Assembly (NCBI RefSeq): GCF_000619845.1
Contig: NZ_JHUX01000003.1
Span: 520,064-552,063, forward strand
Direction of reading: 5' to 3'
DNA length: 32,000 nt
Source: Alkanindiges illinoisensis DSM 15370
GTDB lineage: Bacteria > Pseudomonadota > Gammaproteobacteria > Pseudomonadales > Moraxellaceae
The position numbers and the translations under genes are program-made. Positions 1 to 8,368 of this stretch are shown here, one piece after another (the first letter of the stretch is position 1; every line of letters starts with the position of its first letter). The notes below the pieces were generated by a model. It was not told the origin of the DNA and searched no databases. It saw only the letters and a list, made by a program, of their open reading frames with translations.

Positions 1-453
1 TTATTCAAAACTTATGGTAAGAATGGCAAAACGCCGAGTAAATACCAGAACCTACCCAAAATTCCAGTAGGCGGATTTTTAGTGACCATTGCTGGCGGAA
101 TCAATGGCTTGATGGCAGAAAAAAACAATGTCCAAAAAGCTGTGCCAGACCAGTTGTTGGAGCTATGGAGCTTTGAAGGCAGTCCTTATACGCGTCTGGT
201 GCGTGAGCGTCTGTCTGAACTGGAACTGCCTTATGTATTACATAATGTCGCCAAAGAGCGCTGGCAGGACATCGGGCCAGCCAAACTGCGCTTAAAGCCG
301 GGTAAATATGTACCGATTGCTGGTGGCAAGCGTGCTGGTGTTTACGCCGTGCAGGGGCGCTTACAGGTGCCTTATCTGGTTGATCCCAATACAGGTATTA
401 GTTTGTATGAGTCAAAAGATATTCTCGACTATCTGAACAAAACCTATGCTTAA
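1..453 (+). CDS. Thioredoxin-fold (glutaredoxin / GST N-terminal domain-like) protein, 5'-truncated by the window edge
   Basis: Frame 1 has no stop from nt 1, so the listed 82..453 ORF continues upstream of the window. The C-terminal part has a GST_N/Grx2-like pattern (LELWSFEGSPYTRLVRERLSELELPYVLHNV ... VPYLVDPNTG..LYESKDILDYL). A hairpin terminator follows at 521-553. Confidence 0.55.
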   Translation, partial: LFKTYGKNGKTPSKYQNLPKIPVGGFLVTIAGGINGLMAEKNNVQKAVPDQLLELWSFEGSPYTRLVRERLSELELPYVLHNVAKERWQDIGPAKLRLKPGKYVPIAGGKRAGVYAVQGRLQVPYLVDPNTGISLYESKDILDYLNKTYA

Positions 454-520
454 CGCAAAATTGTTGCAAAATATGCCACATTAATGCAGTTTTCTGGTTA
501 AAATAGCCGCCTTTTTCAAA

Positions 521-553
521 AACGATGCATCATTCAGTTGCATCGTTTTTTAT
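521..553 (+). terminator. Rho-independent terminator
   Basis: Perfect 9-bp stem AACGATGCA / TGCATCGTT (521-529 / 539-547) with a 9-nt loop, followed by TTTTTAT. Confidence 0.8.
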
Positions 554-667
554 TGAGCAGTCCATAATGCATACGTGTGTTTGATCACGCCTGCATTGCA
601 AGCTCAGACCTGAAAGTGCAGCACTTGCACCGCGCTACCTGTAAAACCCGTCAGTGAGAGATTAGCC

Positions 668-1213
668 ATGAACCACCATGTTGATGTCATGATTAGTGAG
701 CAACAAATTAAAGCACGAATCAAGGAGCTTGCCGCGCAAATTAATCAGGATTACCAGCATGCAGGTTCCAACCTGTTACTGATTGGCTTGTTGCGGGGTT
801 CATTCATTTTTATGGCTGATTTGTGCCGTGAAATTACCGTATCGCATCAAGTGGATTTTATGACGGTGTCCAGTTATGGCAACAATACCACCAGCTCGCG
901 TGATGTGAAAATTGTGCAGGATCTGGATGAAAGCATTGAAAATACGCATGTGCTGATTGTGGAAGACATCATTGATTCGGGTAATACCTTAAGTAAGGTA
1001 CGCGACCTGTTTTTACTGCGTAAACCTGCTTCTCTGGAAATTTGTACCTTAATTGACAAGCCCTCACGGCGTGAAGTTGAAGTGCCGGTTAAATATATTG
1101 GCTTTTCCATTCCCGACAAATTCATTGTGGGCTTTGGACTGGATTATGCACAGTTCTATCGTCACTTGCCGTATATTGGCATTGTGACGCTGGCTGAAAA
1201 TGCGAATGATTAA
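668..1213 (+). CDS. hpt: Hypoxanthine(-guanine) phosphoribosyltransferase
   Basis: 181 aa. PRPP-binding loop [14 protein letters not shown], the C-terminal [19 protein letters not shown] motif and the size are typical of Hpt. Confidence 0.9.
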   Translation: MNHHVDVMISEQQIKARIKELAAQINQDYQHAGSNLLLIGLLRGSFIFMADLCREITVSHQVDFMTVSSYGNNTTSSRDVKIVQDLDESIENTHVLIVEDIIDSGNTLSKVRDLFLLRKPASLEICTLIDKPSRREVEVPVKYIGFSIPDKFIVGFGLDYAQFYRHLPYIGIVTLAENAND

Positions 1214-1415
1214 ACAGGTCTAATCAGTAAAGTTTAAATATGATTAATAAAAGCCCTGATAACTATTGGGGTTTTTTATTGCATGGCTTTTAAGATCTTA
1301 GTTTTGCACCCATTGCTTTTGATAAAATTATTACCGAATAGCCCAAATATTAAACTTGACGGTTTATTAATGCTGTTATAGCGTGAAGTTATTCATATTA
1401 AATCTGGATATTTCA

Positions 1416-2252
1416 ATGACTAAGTCTGCCTCACGCACTCAGGACAACAATTTACAAAATCAGCCATCACCACAGCAAATGCCGCAGGACAGCTTATCTA
1501 CCATTCAAATTGATGGTAAAGAGCGCTATTTTGAACCAGCGCCAGCTGATATTAGTGTGGAAAATTTTAAAAAAGTAGTGACCAGTCGCCGTTCCGTTCG
1601 AAAGTTTACCAATACACAAATTCCCAAGGCTGTGCTGGATGACTGTCTGGACATGGCGTTACTGGCCCCGAATTCATCCAACCTGCAACCGTGGACATTT
1701 TATGTGGTGCGCAGCCCGGAGAAAAAATCCAAGCTGGTGAAAGCCTGTATGAGCCAGTTGGCTGCTAAAACCGCGGCTGAACTGATTGTCTGCGTGGCAC
1801 GTACTGACCGTCTGGATGAAATGGCCAAAAACAACCTGAAGTACTGGCCAATGCCAAAAACTCCAAAGCCAGTAAAGCAATATTACAGCCTGATTGCCTA
1901 TAATTATAAAACCGGCTTTTTAAATACCTTGGGCGCTGCCAAAAAAGTAGCATTTAGTATTGTTGGGCAATTTCAGCCCTTGCCGGTCACTGCGTTTACC
2001 CATGCGGACGCGCGCTTGTGGGCAGCCAAAAGTACAGCGCTGGCTTGTGAAAATCTGGTTCTGGCCTTGCGTGCACATGGATTTGATAGCTGCATGATGG
2101 AAGGTTTTGATGAGCCACGTGTGCGCAAGCTGCTGGATTTGAAAGATGAAGAATTCCCGATTATGGTGATTGGTGCAGGTGAGCGGGCCGATGATGGTGT
2201 GTTCTGGCCACAGTTGCGCTTTGACCGTGATTTGTTTGTTAAAGAAGTTTAG
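1416..2252 (+). CDS. Nitroreductase-family oxidoreductase
   Basis: RRSVRKFT motif, PNSSNLQPW, and a C-terminal MEGFDE..VRKLL pattern typical of the NADH/FMN nitroreductase fold. The ORF opens at GTG 1383. I prefer the first ATG at 1416, but the start is uncertain. Confidence 0.75.
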   Translation: MTKSASRTQDNNLQNQPSPQQMPQDSLSTIQIDGKERYFEPAPADISVENFKKVVTSRRSVRKFTNTQIPKAVLDDCLDMALLAPNSSNLQPWTFYVVRSPEKKSKLVKACMSQLAAKTAAELIVCVARTDRLDEMAKNNLKYWPMPKTPKPVKQYYSLIAYNYKTGFLNTLGAAKKVAFSIVGQFQPLPVTAFTHADARLWAAKSTALACENLVLALRAHGFDSCMMEGFDEPRVRKLLDLKDEEFPIMVIGAGERADDGVFWPQLRFDRDLFVKEV

Positions 2253-2430
2253 GACTGCTCAAATGCTATATTAAAATCTGCTTACAAGTTTGCTGGTTGT
2301 TCATCAATGATGGCTTGCATTGAGGTTGTAACAGGTTGATAGTAAATTTAAGCAATACGCATTGCCCAGCATGCCTGTTCCTAGGCACCATGTTTGGGTA
2401 ATTTAACGCCTGTTTCTAGTACAGGCACAT

Positions 2431-2462
2431 AAAAGGGATACTCAGACGGGTATCCCTTTTTT
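2431..2462. terminator. Bidirectional rho-independent terminator between convergent genes
   Basis: Stem AAAAGGGATAC / GTATCCCTTTT (2431-2441 / 2450-2460) with an 8-nt loop. An A-run lies upstream and a T-run downstream, so it can work on both strands (nitroreductase on +, PIN toxin gene on -). Confidence 0.8.
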
Positions 2463-2503
2463 ATGGAAAATCGAGTAATGAAAATCTTTTCTACAAAGAA
2501 AGG

Positions 2504-2896
2504 CTAACCAGCCAGCGTAACCTGACATAAACTTAAACCTGCGGCTTTTTTTATAAACTTGTGGTCAAAGGTTTTCAATTGGCTAACCTGTTCACACTTT
2601 GCCAGATGCATGGCATCACCAAAATCTAATCCCTGACTATACCAGTTGATCACTTGAGCGATTAAAGCAGGGTTATCCAGAATGATATTTGGTAAACCAA
2701 ATAATTTAGTCATCGCATTGGAAATTTGTGTAGCTGAAAAGTCATAAGCGTAGCGTAGTACCCATTCACTCTCTAATATCACTGAGTCAGCAATATAAAT
2801 AACTGAACTTTGAAAAAGCTGATAGGCAATATCGTATTGCTTACTGTCATCATGGGTTAAAAGACGAATAATAATGTTGGTATTAATTGCTATCAT
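2504..2896 (-). CDS. PIN-domain (VapC-like) toxin; first catalytic Asp replaced by Asn
   Basis: 130 aa. The N-terminus MIAINTNIIIRLL matches the xxDTNVLVRxL PIN signature except for N5 (codon AAT). Other acidic positions are present (E42/E44, DFGDAMHLA, TFDHKF). The gene overlaps the upstream antitoxin gene by 14 nt. Confidence 0.8.
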   Translation of the reverse strand: MIAINTNIIIRLLTHDDSKQYDIAYQLFQSSVIYIADSVILESEWVLRYAYDFSATQISNAMTKLFGLPNIILDNPALIAQVINWYSQGLDFGDAMHLAKCEQVSQLKTFDHKFIKKAAGLSLCQVTLAG

Positions 2897-3170
2897 GCCA
2901 TTCCTGCTTTAACTTCTGAGCAATAGCAATGTCTATTTCATGTTGTGTTTTTTTAATTACAACAGGAAGACAGCCTGCCACTTCATTTAAGCTACTTGGA
3001 GCAAATAGAGCTTTAGGTTGTAACAATACGCCCTCCGGGGTATCTATAACATTAAATTCTGCGCCACTCTGCCATTGATGAGCTGTTCGGATAGCTTTGG
3101 GAATAATCACCTGCCCTTTACTAGAAAGCCGGGTTACTGTAGGCGCCTTGGATAGATTAGTGGTTTCCAT
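2883..3170 (-). CDS. AbrB/SpoVT (MazE/VapB-like) antitoxin
   Basis: SpoVT/AbrB swapped-hairpin motif LSSKGQVIIPKAIR. The ORF extends to 3209, but ATG 3170 has an AAGGA Shine-Dalgarno ~8 nt upstream. The 3' end overlaps the PIN gene start, which is typical toxin-antitoxin coupling. Confidence 0.8.
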   Translation of the reverse strand: METTNLSKAPTVTRLSSKGQVIIPKAIRTAHQWQSGAEFNVIDTPEGVLLQPKALFAPSSLNEVAGCLPVVIKKTQHEIDIAIAQKLKQEWHDSN

Positions 3171-3440
3171 TGCAAAGTCCTTGAAGTAAGACACAGGTAA
3201 GACTATCATTTGAACTTATTAAAATCAATTAAGATACAGTACTCATCAAACTAAGATTTAGAAAATATTAAAATTAAAAATTAGAGAAAATCCGTTAATG
3301 CATGATTAAAAGCAAAAGACTTTTACACCCATTTTGTAGGTGAAGATAGACTATGGATTCACACATAAGCAACGTGCCTGAAACGCCAAACACTGCTACC
3401 ATTAAGCCATTCCTTTCATTTAAAAAAATTATCTTCGACC

Positions 3441-6400
3441 ATGACCGAACTGCTTTTGCCATCCATTGCTGAAAACTTTGAACAAAGCAACTTACAACAA
3501 ATACCGGCAGGTGAGCGGCGCTGGATTGGCAATTTGGCGGGTGCATTGCCATCGCTGCTGCTGAGTGAACTGGTTAAATCCAATCAAGACTCAAAACAGC
3601 TTATTGTCATGGTGGCGCGTAATACCACCCAAGTGGCACAAATCGAAGAAGAGCTGCATTTTTTTGGCATTAAACCGTATCTGTTCCCAGACTGGGAAAC
3701 CCTGCCGTATGATCGCCTGTCACCGCATCAGGAAATTGTATCTGAGCGCTTGGCGCTACTGGCCAATATGCCACAAAGCGGTATTGTGCTCATTGCAGCC
3801 AGTACTTTAAGCCAGCGCATTGCGCCGCCAAGCTGGTTGCTGGGGCAGCATTTTGATATCCGCAAAGGCCAGAAATTTGATGTGGAAAATGAACGCCAGC
3901 GTCTGACACGGGCTGGTTATCGTGCTGTGGATACTGTATTTGAACCAGGTGAGTTTGCAGTACGTGGCAGCCTGATGGATATTTTTCCTACGGGTCAGCA
4001 AGCTCCGATTCGTATTGATTTATTTGATGATGAAATTGAAACCCTGCGCCATTTTGATGTGGAAACCCAGCGCACGACGGAGCAAATTTCGCAATTTACC
4101 TTGTTGCCTGCGCGGGAATTTCCATTAATCGAAGGGCGCGGTGAGTTTCGGGCACGTTTTGCTGAGTTGTTCCCGCAGGCCAGCCCCAAGAAAATGCCGC
4201 TCTATCAGGATGTGTTAAATGGCATCGCTGCGCCGGGTCTGGAATATTATCAGCCTCTGTTCTTTAGCCGTGATGAGTTTATTGAAGGCGGTACACTATT
4301 TGACTATTTGCCAAAAGACACACTGATTGCCACTGATATTGCTGTTGAGGATTGCCTGAACAGTTTCTGGCAGGAAGTCACCCAGCGTTATGAAGACCGC
4401 CGCCATAATATTGACCAGCCGATTTTGCCGCCGAATGAACTGTTTCTCACCGTAAATGAGCTATTTGGCCGTCTGAAAAGCTTTGGCAGACTGGTGCTGT
4501 CGGAAAATCCCATCAGTGAGCGCGCTGGTGTGTTTAACGTGGTGGCAAATCTACCACCCAAGCTGCCAATTGATCATAAAGTGAGTGATTCACTCATTAA
4601 CCTGAAAAACTTTATTGATTTGTTTAAGGGCCGCGTGCTGATTGTGGCCGAAAGTGCCGGACGCCGTGAAGGCTTAAAGGAGCTGTTTAAATCAGTCTGG
4701 CGCGATCTAGCAGTCTGTGACAGTTTGCAGGAATTTTTGCAAAGCAGTCATCAGGTGGCTATTGCGGTGGCACCACTGGAACGTGGGCTACTACTTGAAG
4801 ATTTTGTATTGATTGTTGAAAACCAGCTTTTTGAACAACGCGTAGTGCAGCGTCGACGTCGCAAAAGCAGCGAAGTGTCTGAAGAATTTCTGGTGAAAAG
4901 TCTGGCCGAGCTGTCGATTGGCGCGCCAGTTGTGCATATTGACCATGGCGTAGGACGTTATGGCGGTTTGGTGACACTGGAAATTGACGAACAAACTCAT
5001 GAGTTTTTGCAGGTTGATTATGCCGATAACGCCAAGGTGTATGTGCCGGTTGCCAACCTGCAACTGATCAGCCGTTATAGTGGCGGTGATCCAGATCATG
5101 CACCGTTGCACAAACTGGGCACGGATACCTGGAACAAGGCCAAACGAAAGGCACTGGAAAAAATCCATGATGTGGCCGCAGAGCTGTTAAACATTCAGGC
5201 GCGTCGGCAGGCCAAACCGGGCTTGGCATTTGATATAGATGAACATGCCTACCAGCAGTTTGCCAATAGCTTTGCCTTTGAAGAAACACTGGATCAGGCC
5301 AATGCCATTGCAGGCACGCTATATGATATGAGTCAGGATAAGCCGATGGATCGGCTGGTGTGTGGCGATGTGGGCTTTGGTAAAACCGAAGTGGCCATGC
5401 GCGCAGCATTTGTGGCTGTACATGCAGGCAAGCAGGTGGCGGTACTGGTTCCTACGACGCTGCTGGCGCAACAGCATTATGAAAACTTTAAGGATCGTTT
5501 TGCTGATTGGCCGGTGCGTATTGAAGTCCTGTCGCGTTTTGGCTCTACCAAAGATCAGAAAAAAGCCATTGCCGATTTAAGTGAAGGCAAGGTGGATATT
5601 GTCATTGGTACGCATAAATTATTACAGCAAGGCATCCAGTTTCATGATCTGGGCCTGATGATTGTTGATGAAGAACACCGTTTTGGCGTGCGCGACAAGG
5701 AAAAAATCAAGGCTTTGCGTGCCGATGTGGACATGCTGACCTTAACGGCGACACCGATTCCACGTACTTTAAATATGGCTTTTTCCGGCATGCGTGACCT
5801 ATCCATTATTGCCACGCCGCCCGCCCGCCGTCTGGCTGTGAAAACCTTTGTGATGGAACATAACAACCCCACGGTGAAAGAAGCCATTTTGCGTGAATTG
5901 CTGCGTGGCGGTCAGGTGTATTTCCTGCATAACGATGTGGATTCCATTGAGCGTGCCGCAGAAGAATTGCGTCGCTTGCTGCCAGAAGCCCGCGTTGCCG
6001 TAGCGCATGGGCAAATGCGTGAGCGCGAGCTGGAACAGGTGATGCAGCAGTTTTATCACAAGCAGTTTAATGTGCTGGTGTGTTCTACCATTATTGAAAC
6101 CGGCATTGATGTACCCAGTGCTAATACCATCATTATTGAACGGGCCGACAAGCTGGGACTTGCCCAGTTGCACCAGTTGCGTGGACGGGTAGGACGTTCC
6201 CATCATCAGGCTTATGCCTATTTGCTGGTGCCTTCAATCAAGCACTTAAAGGGTGATGCGGAAAAACGGCTAGATGCCATTCAGCGTGCGTCTAATCTGG
6301 GTGCTGGCTTTTTGCTGGCGACTGAAGATCTGGAAATTCGTGGGGCAGGTGAGCTACTAGGTGAGGAGCAAAGTGGCAACATGCAGGCTATTGGCTATAG

Positions 6401-6995
6401 CCTGTATATGGACATGCTGGAGCGTGCCACCAAGGCGATTCAAAACGGAAAATCACCCAATCTGGATGCGCCGCTGTCGTTAACCTCGGAAATTAACCTG
6501 CATATGCCAGCCCTGATTCCGGATGATTACCTGAGTGATGTACATCAGCGTCTATTGTTTTACAAGCGCATCAGTAATGTATCAGAAGTCGACAAGCTCA
6601 ATGACATTCGTATGGAAATGATCGACCGTTTTGGTCTGCTGCCAAAGCCTGCGCAAAACCTGTTTGCCGTGCATCAAATGCGAATTAAGGCGGAAAGCCT
6701 GGGCATTGAAAAAATGGATGTTAATGTCAATGGCGGCATGATTGAGTTTTCACCAGATACCCCGGTTGAGGCAATTACTATTATCAAGCTGATGCAGTCC
6801 AAACCCACCATGTACCGGATGGAAGGCGGTCAGCGCTTGAAAATTTCTGCCCAGTTGCAGGACACCAGTGAGCGAATTGAGTTTGTTGTGCAGTTATTGC
6901 AGCAATTAAGTGGTCAGAGTGACAATGTACAACAGCAGGAAGCAGCGAAAGGCTTAAGCGAGGGCAGTGGCAAGTCCAAAAAAAAGCGTAAGTGA
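3441..6995 (+). CDS. mfd: Transcription-repair coupling factor
   Basis: 1184 aa. It has a UvrB-homology N-terminus, an RNAP-interacting (CarD-like) region (VVHIDHGVGRY), SF2 helicase motifs (GDVGFGKTEVA, DEEHRFG, TATPIPRT, QLHQLRGRVGR) and a TRCF C-terminal domain. Confidence 0.95.
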   Translation: MTELLLPSIAENFEQSNLQQIPAGERRWIGNLAGALPSLLLSELVKSNQDSKQLIVMVARNTTQVAQIEEELHFFGIKPYLFPDWETLPYDRLSPHQEIVSERLALLANMPQSGIVLIAASTLSQRIAPPSWLLGQHFDIRKGQKFDVENERQRLTRAGYRAVDTVFEPGEFAVRGSLMDIFPTGQQAPIRIDLFDDEIETLRHFDVETQRTTEQISQFTLLPAREFPLIEGRGEFRARFAELFPQASPKKMPLYQDVLNGIAAPGLEYYQPLFFSRDEFIEGGTLFDYLPKDTLIATDIAVEDCLNSFWQEVTQRYEDRRHNIDQPILPPNELFLTVNELFGRLKSFGRLVLSENPISERAGVFNVVANLPPKLPIDHKVSDSLINLKNFIDLFKGRVLIVAESAGRREGLKELFKSVWRDLAVCDSLQEFLQSSHQVAIAVAPLERGLLLEDFVLIVENQLFEQRVVQRRRRKSSEVSEEFLVKSLAELSIGAPVVHIDHGVGRYGGLVTLEIDEQTHEFLQVDYADNAKVYVPVANLQLISRYSGGDPDHAPLHKLGTDTWNKAKRKALEKIHDVAAELLNIQARRQAKPGLAFDIDEHAYQQFANSFAFEETLDQANAIAGTLYDMSQDKPMDRLVCGDVGFGKTEVAMRAAFVAVHAGKQVAVLVPTTLLAQQHYENFKDRFADWPVRIEVLSRFGSTKDQKKAIADLSEGKVDIVIGTHKLLQQGIQFHDLGLMIVDEEHRFGVRDKEKIKALRADVDMLTLTATPIPRTLNMAFSGMRDLSIIATPPARRLAVKTFVMEHNNPTVKEAILRELLRGGQVYFLHNDVDSIERAAEELRRLLPEARVAVAHGQMRERELEQVMQQFYHKQFNVLVCSTIIETGIDVPSANTIIIERADKLGLAQLHQLRGRVGRSHHQAYAYLLVPSIKHLKGDAEKRLDAIQRASNLGAGFLLATEDLEIRGAGELLGEEQSGNMQAIGYSLYMDMLERATKAIQNGKSPNLDAPLSLTSEINLHMPALIPDDYLSDVHQRLLFYKRISNVSEVDKLNDIRMEMIDRFGLLPKPAQNLFAVHQMRIKAESLGIEKMDVNVNGGMIEFSPDTPVEAITIIKLMQSKPTMYRMEGGQRLKISAQLQDTSERIEFVVQLLQQLSGQSDNVQQQEAAKGLSEGSGKSKKKRK

Positions 6996-7055
6996 CCATC
7001 CCTTACCTCGGCTTTAATTAAGCATTTACCCTTACATCAATAAGGTAGGTACAAT

Positions 7056-7778
7056 TCATTGAATCACCTGATGAATGCTAAAGGAGCTTTGCGCAATCGG
7101 CGTTAAGTCATTATTTAGTTGATAGTACTTAACATCGTATTGACCTACCTTCCAGCCCTGCGCGGGTGCAAAACTAATCCAGTTTTGCTGTGTGGCTGCG
7201 TTGATATTAGTCGGGGTAAATAACAGGATCTCTCCCGTGTCCCGGTTAGTCCAGCGTACAAAGACCTGATTGTCTTGAGGAAATTTGCCCATGGTGTCAA
7301 AGTGTGCAAAAATTTCCTGACTTTTATACACTTGGCTTAAGTCTTCTGATTTTCTAGGCATTAGCGTATTGGTAGAAATTGCAAGTTGTCCCGCCAAATT
7401 TTGTGCTTGAATATCTGAATTGCTTAATTCATCAATAAGCCGGCTGGAAAATTTCTTTTTATCATCAATCGCTGATAGATCAGCAGTTGGAAAGGCTTTT
7501 TTTAAATAAGAATTAATGGTTGGCTCAGGCGTTTGTTCAATAAAATCTTTAATTTCAGCTGCATTATGCTGATTGATTAATTGTTCTGCATGTTTAGCCT
7601 GAACCATATCCTGTAATATAGCAGGGTTGAAATTTTCTTTACGAGGTGGTTTTACTGTTGCTGCTGGAGTTCCAGGTTGAGCAGCGTTTATAACAGGTTG
7701 ATTTAAGGACTGTGCCACAAAATAGCCCAATCCAAACGCAAAAACAGCAATGCCAAGATTTAATTTAATAGCGTGCAT
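7056..7778 (-). CDS. Hypothetical membrane-anchored protein (single N-terminal TM helix), unknown function
   Basis: 240 aa. The N-terminal hydrophobic helix is LNLGIAVFAFGLGYFVAQSL, and the rest is predicted to be periplasmic or extracytoplasmic. I recognise no family motif. It starts 11 nt after the upstream lipoprotein gene. Confidence 0.6.
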   Translation of the reverse strand: MHAIKLNLGIAVFAFGLGYFVAQSLNQPVINAAQPGTPAATVKPPRKENFNPAILQDMVQAKHAEQLINQHNAAEIKDFIEQTPEPTINSYLKKAFPTADLSAIDDKKKFSSRLIDELSNSDIQAQNLAGQLAISTNTLMPRKSEDLSQVYKSQEIFAHFDTMGKFPQDNQVFVRWTNRDTGEILLFTPTNINAATQQNWISFAPAQGWKVGQYDVKYYQLNNDLTPIAQSSFSIHQVIQ

Positions 7779-7789
7779 AAATTGCTAAT

Positions 7790-8236
7790 TTAAGCAGCGC
7801 AGCTAAGCGTTACGCCATTAATCCTAACCCCGCTAACAAAGCTAACCCCTTGCGCGCTAACCTGGGCTTTGGTAAATCCTGTCCCACTCAATAGCCTTAA
7901 GCTGCCAGCAACGCAAACACCTGTTTGTTTACCGGTAGATAAATTGATGGTGCAGCCATTTTGTGTAATTTGATAGATACTGGAAGAGGTAGCGGTGCAG
8001 GCTGCTGTAATGACCGAGTTATCTGTATTTGAGCTATCGGTGCTACAACCTGAACAATCGCGATTGCTAGAGTTGCTACAGGCATCATAGGTTTTTTGGC
8101 TAGGACACTGGTATTTTTGTCCATTAACGGTGACTTCGCCATTAAACGAAGAATTAAAGCTATCACCGCTACCGCCGCCGCCACAGGCATTTAATAGCAT
8201 AGCGATAGCGACCAGAGGAAATTTATTCATTTTCAT
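7790..8236 (-). CDS. Cys-rich putative lipoprotein, unknown function
   Basis: 148 aa. The signal peptide has lipobox LLNA-C18 followed by a GGGGSG linker. Eight further Cys residues occur in a Ser/Thr/Asn-rich mature part. Confidence 0.65.
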   Translation of the reverse strand: MKMNKFPLVAIAMLLNACGGGGSGDSFNSSFNGEVTVNGQKYQCPSQKTYDACSNSSNRDCSGCSTDSSNTDNSVITAACTATSSSIYQITQNGCTINLSTGKQTGVCVAGSLRLLSGTGFTKAQVSAQGVSFVSGVRINGVTLSCAA

Positions 8237-8275
8237 TATGCAACCTGTTTAGCTTTAATTTATTTTGAGCATTTC

Positions 8276-8304
8276 ACTATAGAAAAAAGCTTAAGGACTG
8301 TCAA
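8276..8304 (-). promoter_or_regulatory. Sigma70-type promoter for the 8236..7056 operon
   Basis: On the minus strand: TTGACA (8304-8299), a 17-nt spacer, then TATAGT (8281-8276), about 40 nt upstream of ATG 8236. The -35 hexamer is part of the descending arm of the ovoA terminator hairpin. Confidence 0.6.
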
Positions 8305-8324
8305 AAATACTTTTGACAGTGTCC
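8282..8324 (-). terminator. Rho-independent terminator after ovoA
   Basis: Minus-strand hairpin GGACACTGTCAAAA-gta-TTTTTGACAGTCC (8-bp core TGTCAAAA/TTTTGACA plus GGAC/GTCC with a bulge), followed by a TTTTTT run within 5 nt. Confidence 0.6.
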
Positions 8325-8368
8325 GAGAGAATAAACCTATTTTAGTATTGGATTTGGCGCATATATCT

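Noticed and set aside
3295-3552. 85-aa minus-strand ORF spanning the mfd start.
   Set aside because: It overlaps the mfd start and promoter region, has no motif or SD, and its sequence looks like random translation.
3565-6999. Many 60-135-aa ORFs antisense to or out of frame within mfd, for example 4791..5168, 5068..5409 and 5799..6206.
   Set aside because: They lie entirely inside a long, well-supported mfd reading frame. They have no RBS and their composition is biased (Cys/His/Trp-rich junk).
8237-8368. Idea that ovoA and the downstream lipoprotein genes form one operon, functionally linking ovothiol to the Cys-rich lipoprotein.
   Set aside because: The gap contains both a hairpin terminator with a T-run and a near-consensus promoter, so independent transcription is more likely. 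I report the nesting itself as a finding instead.
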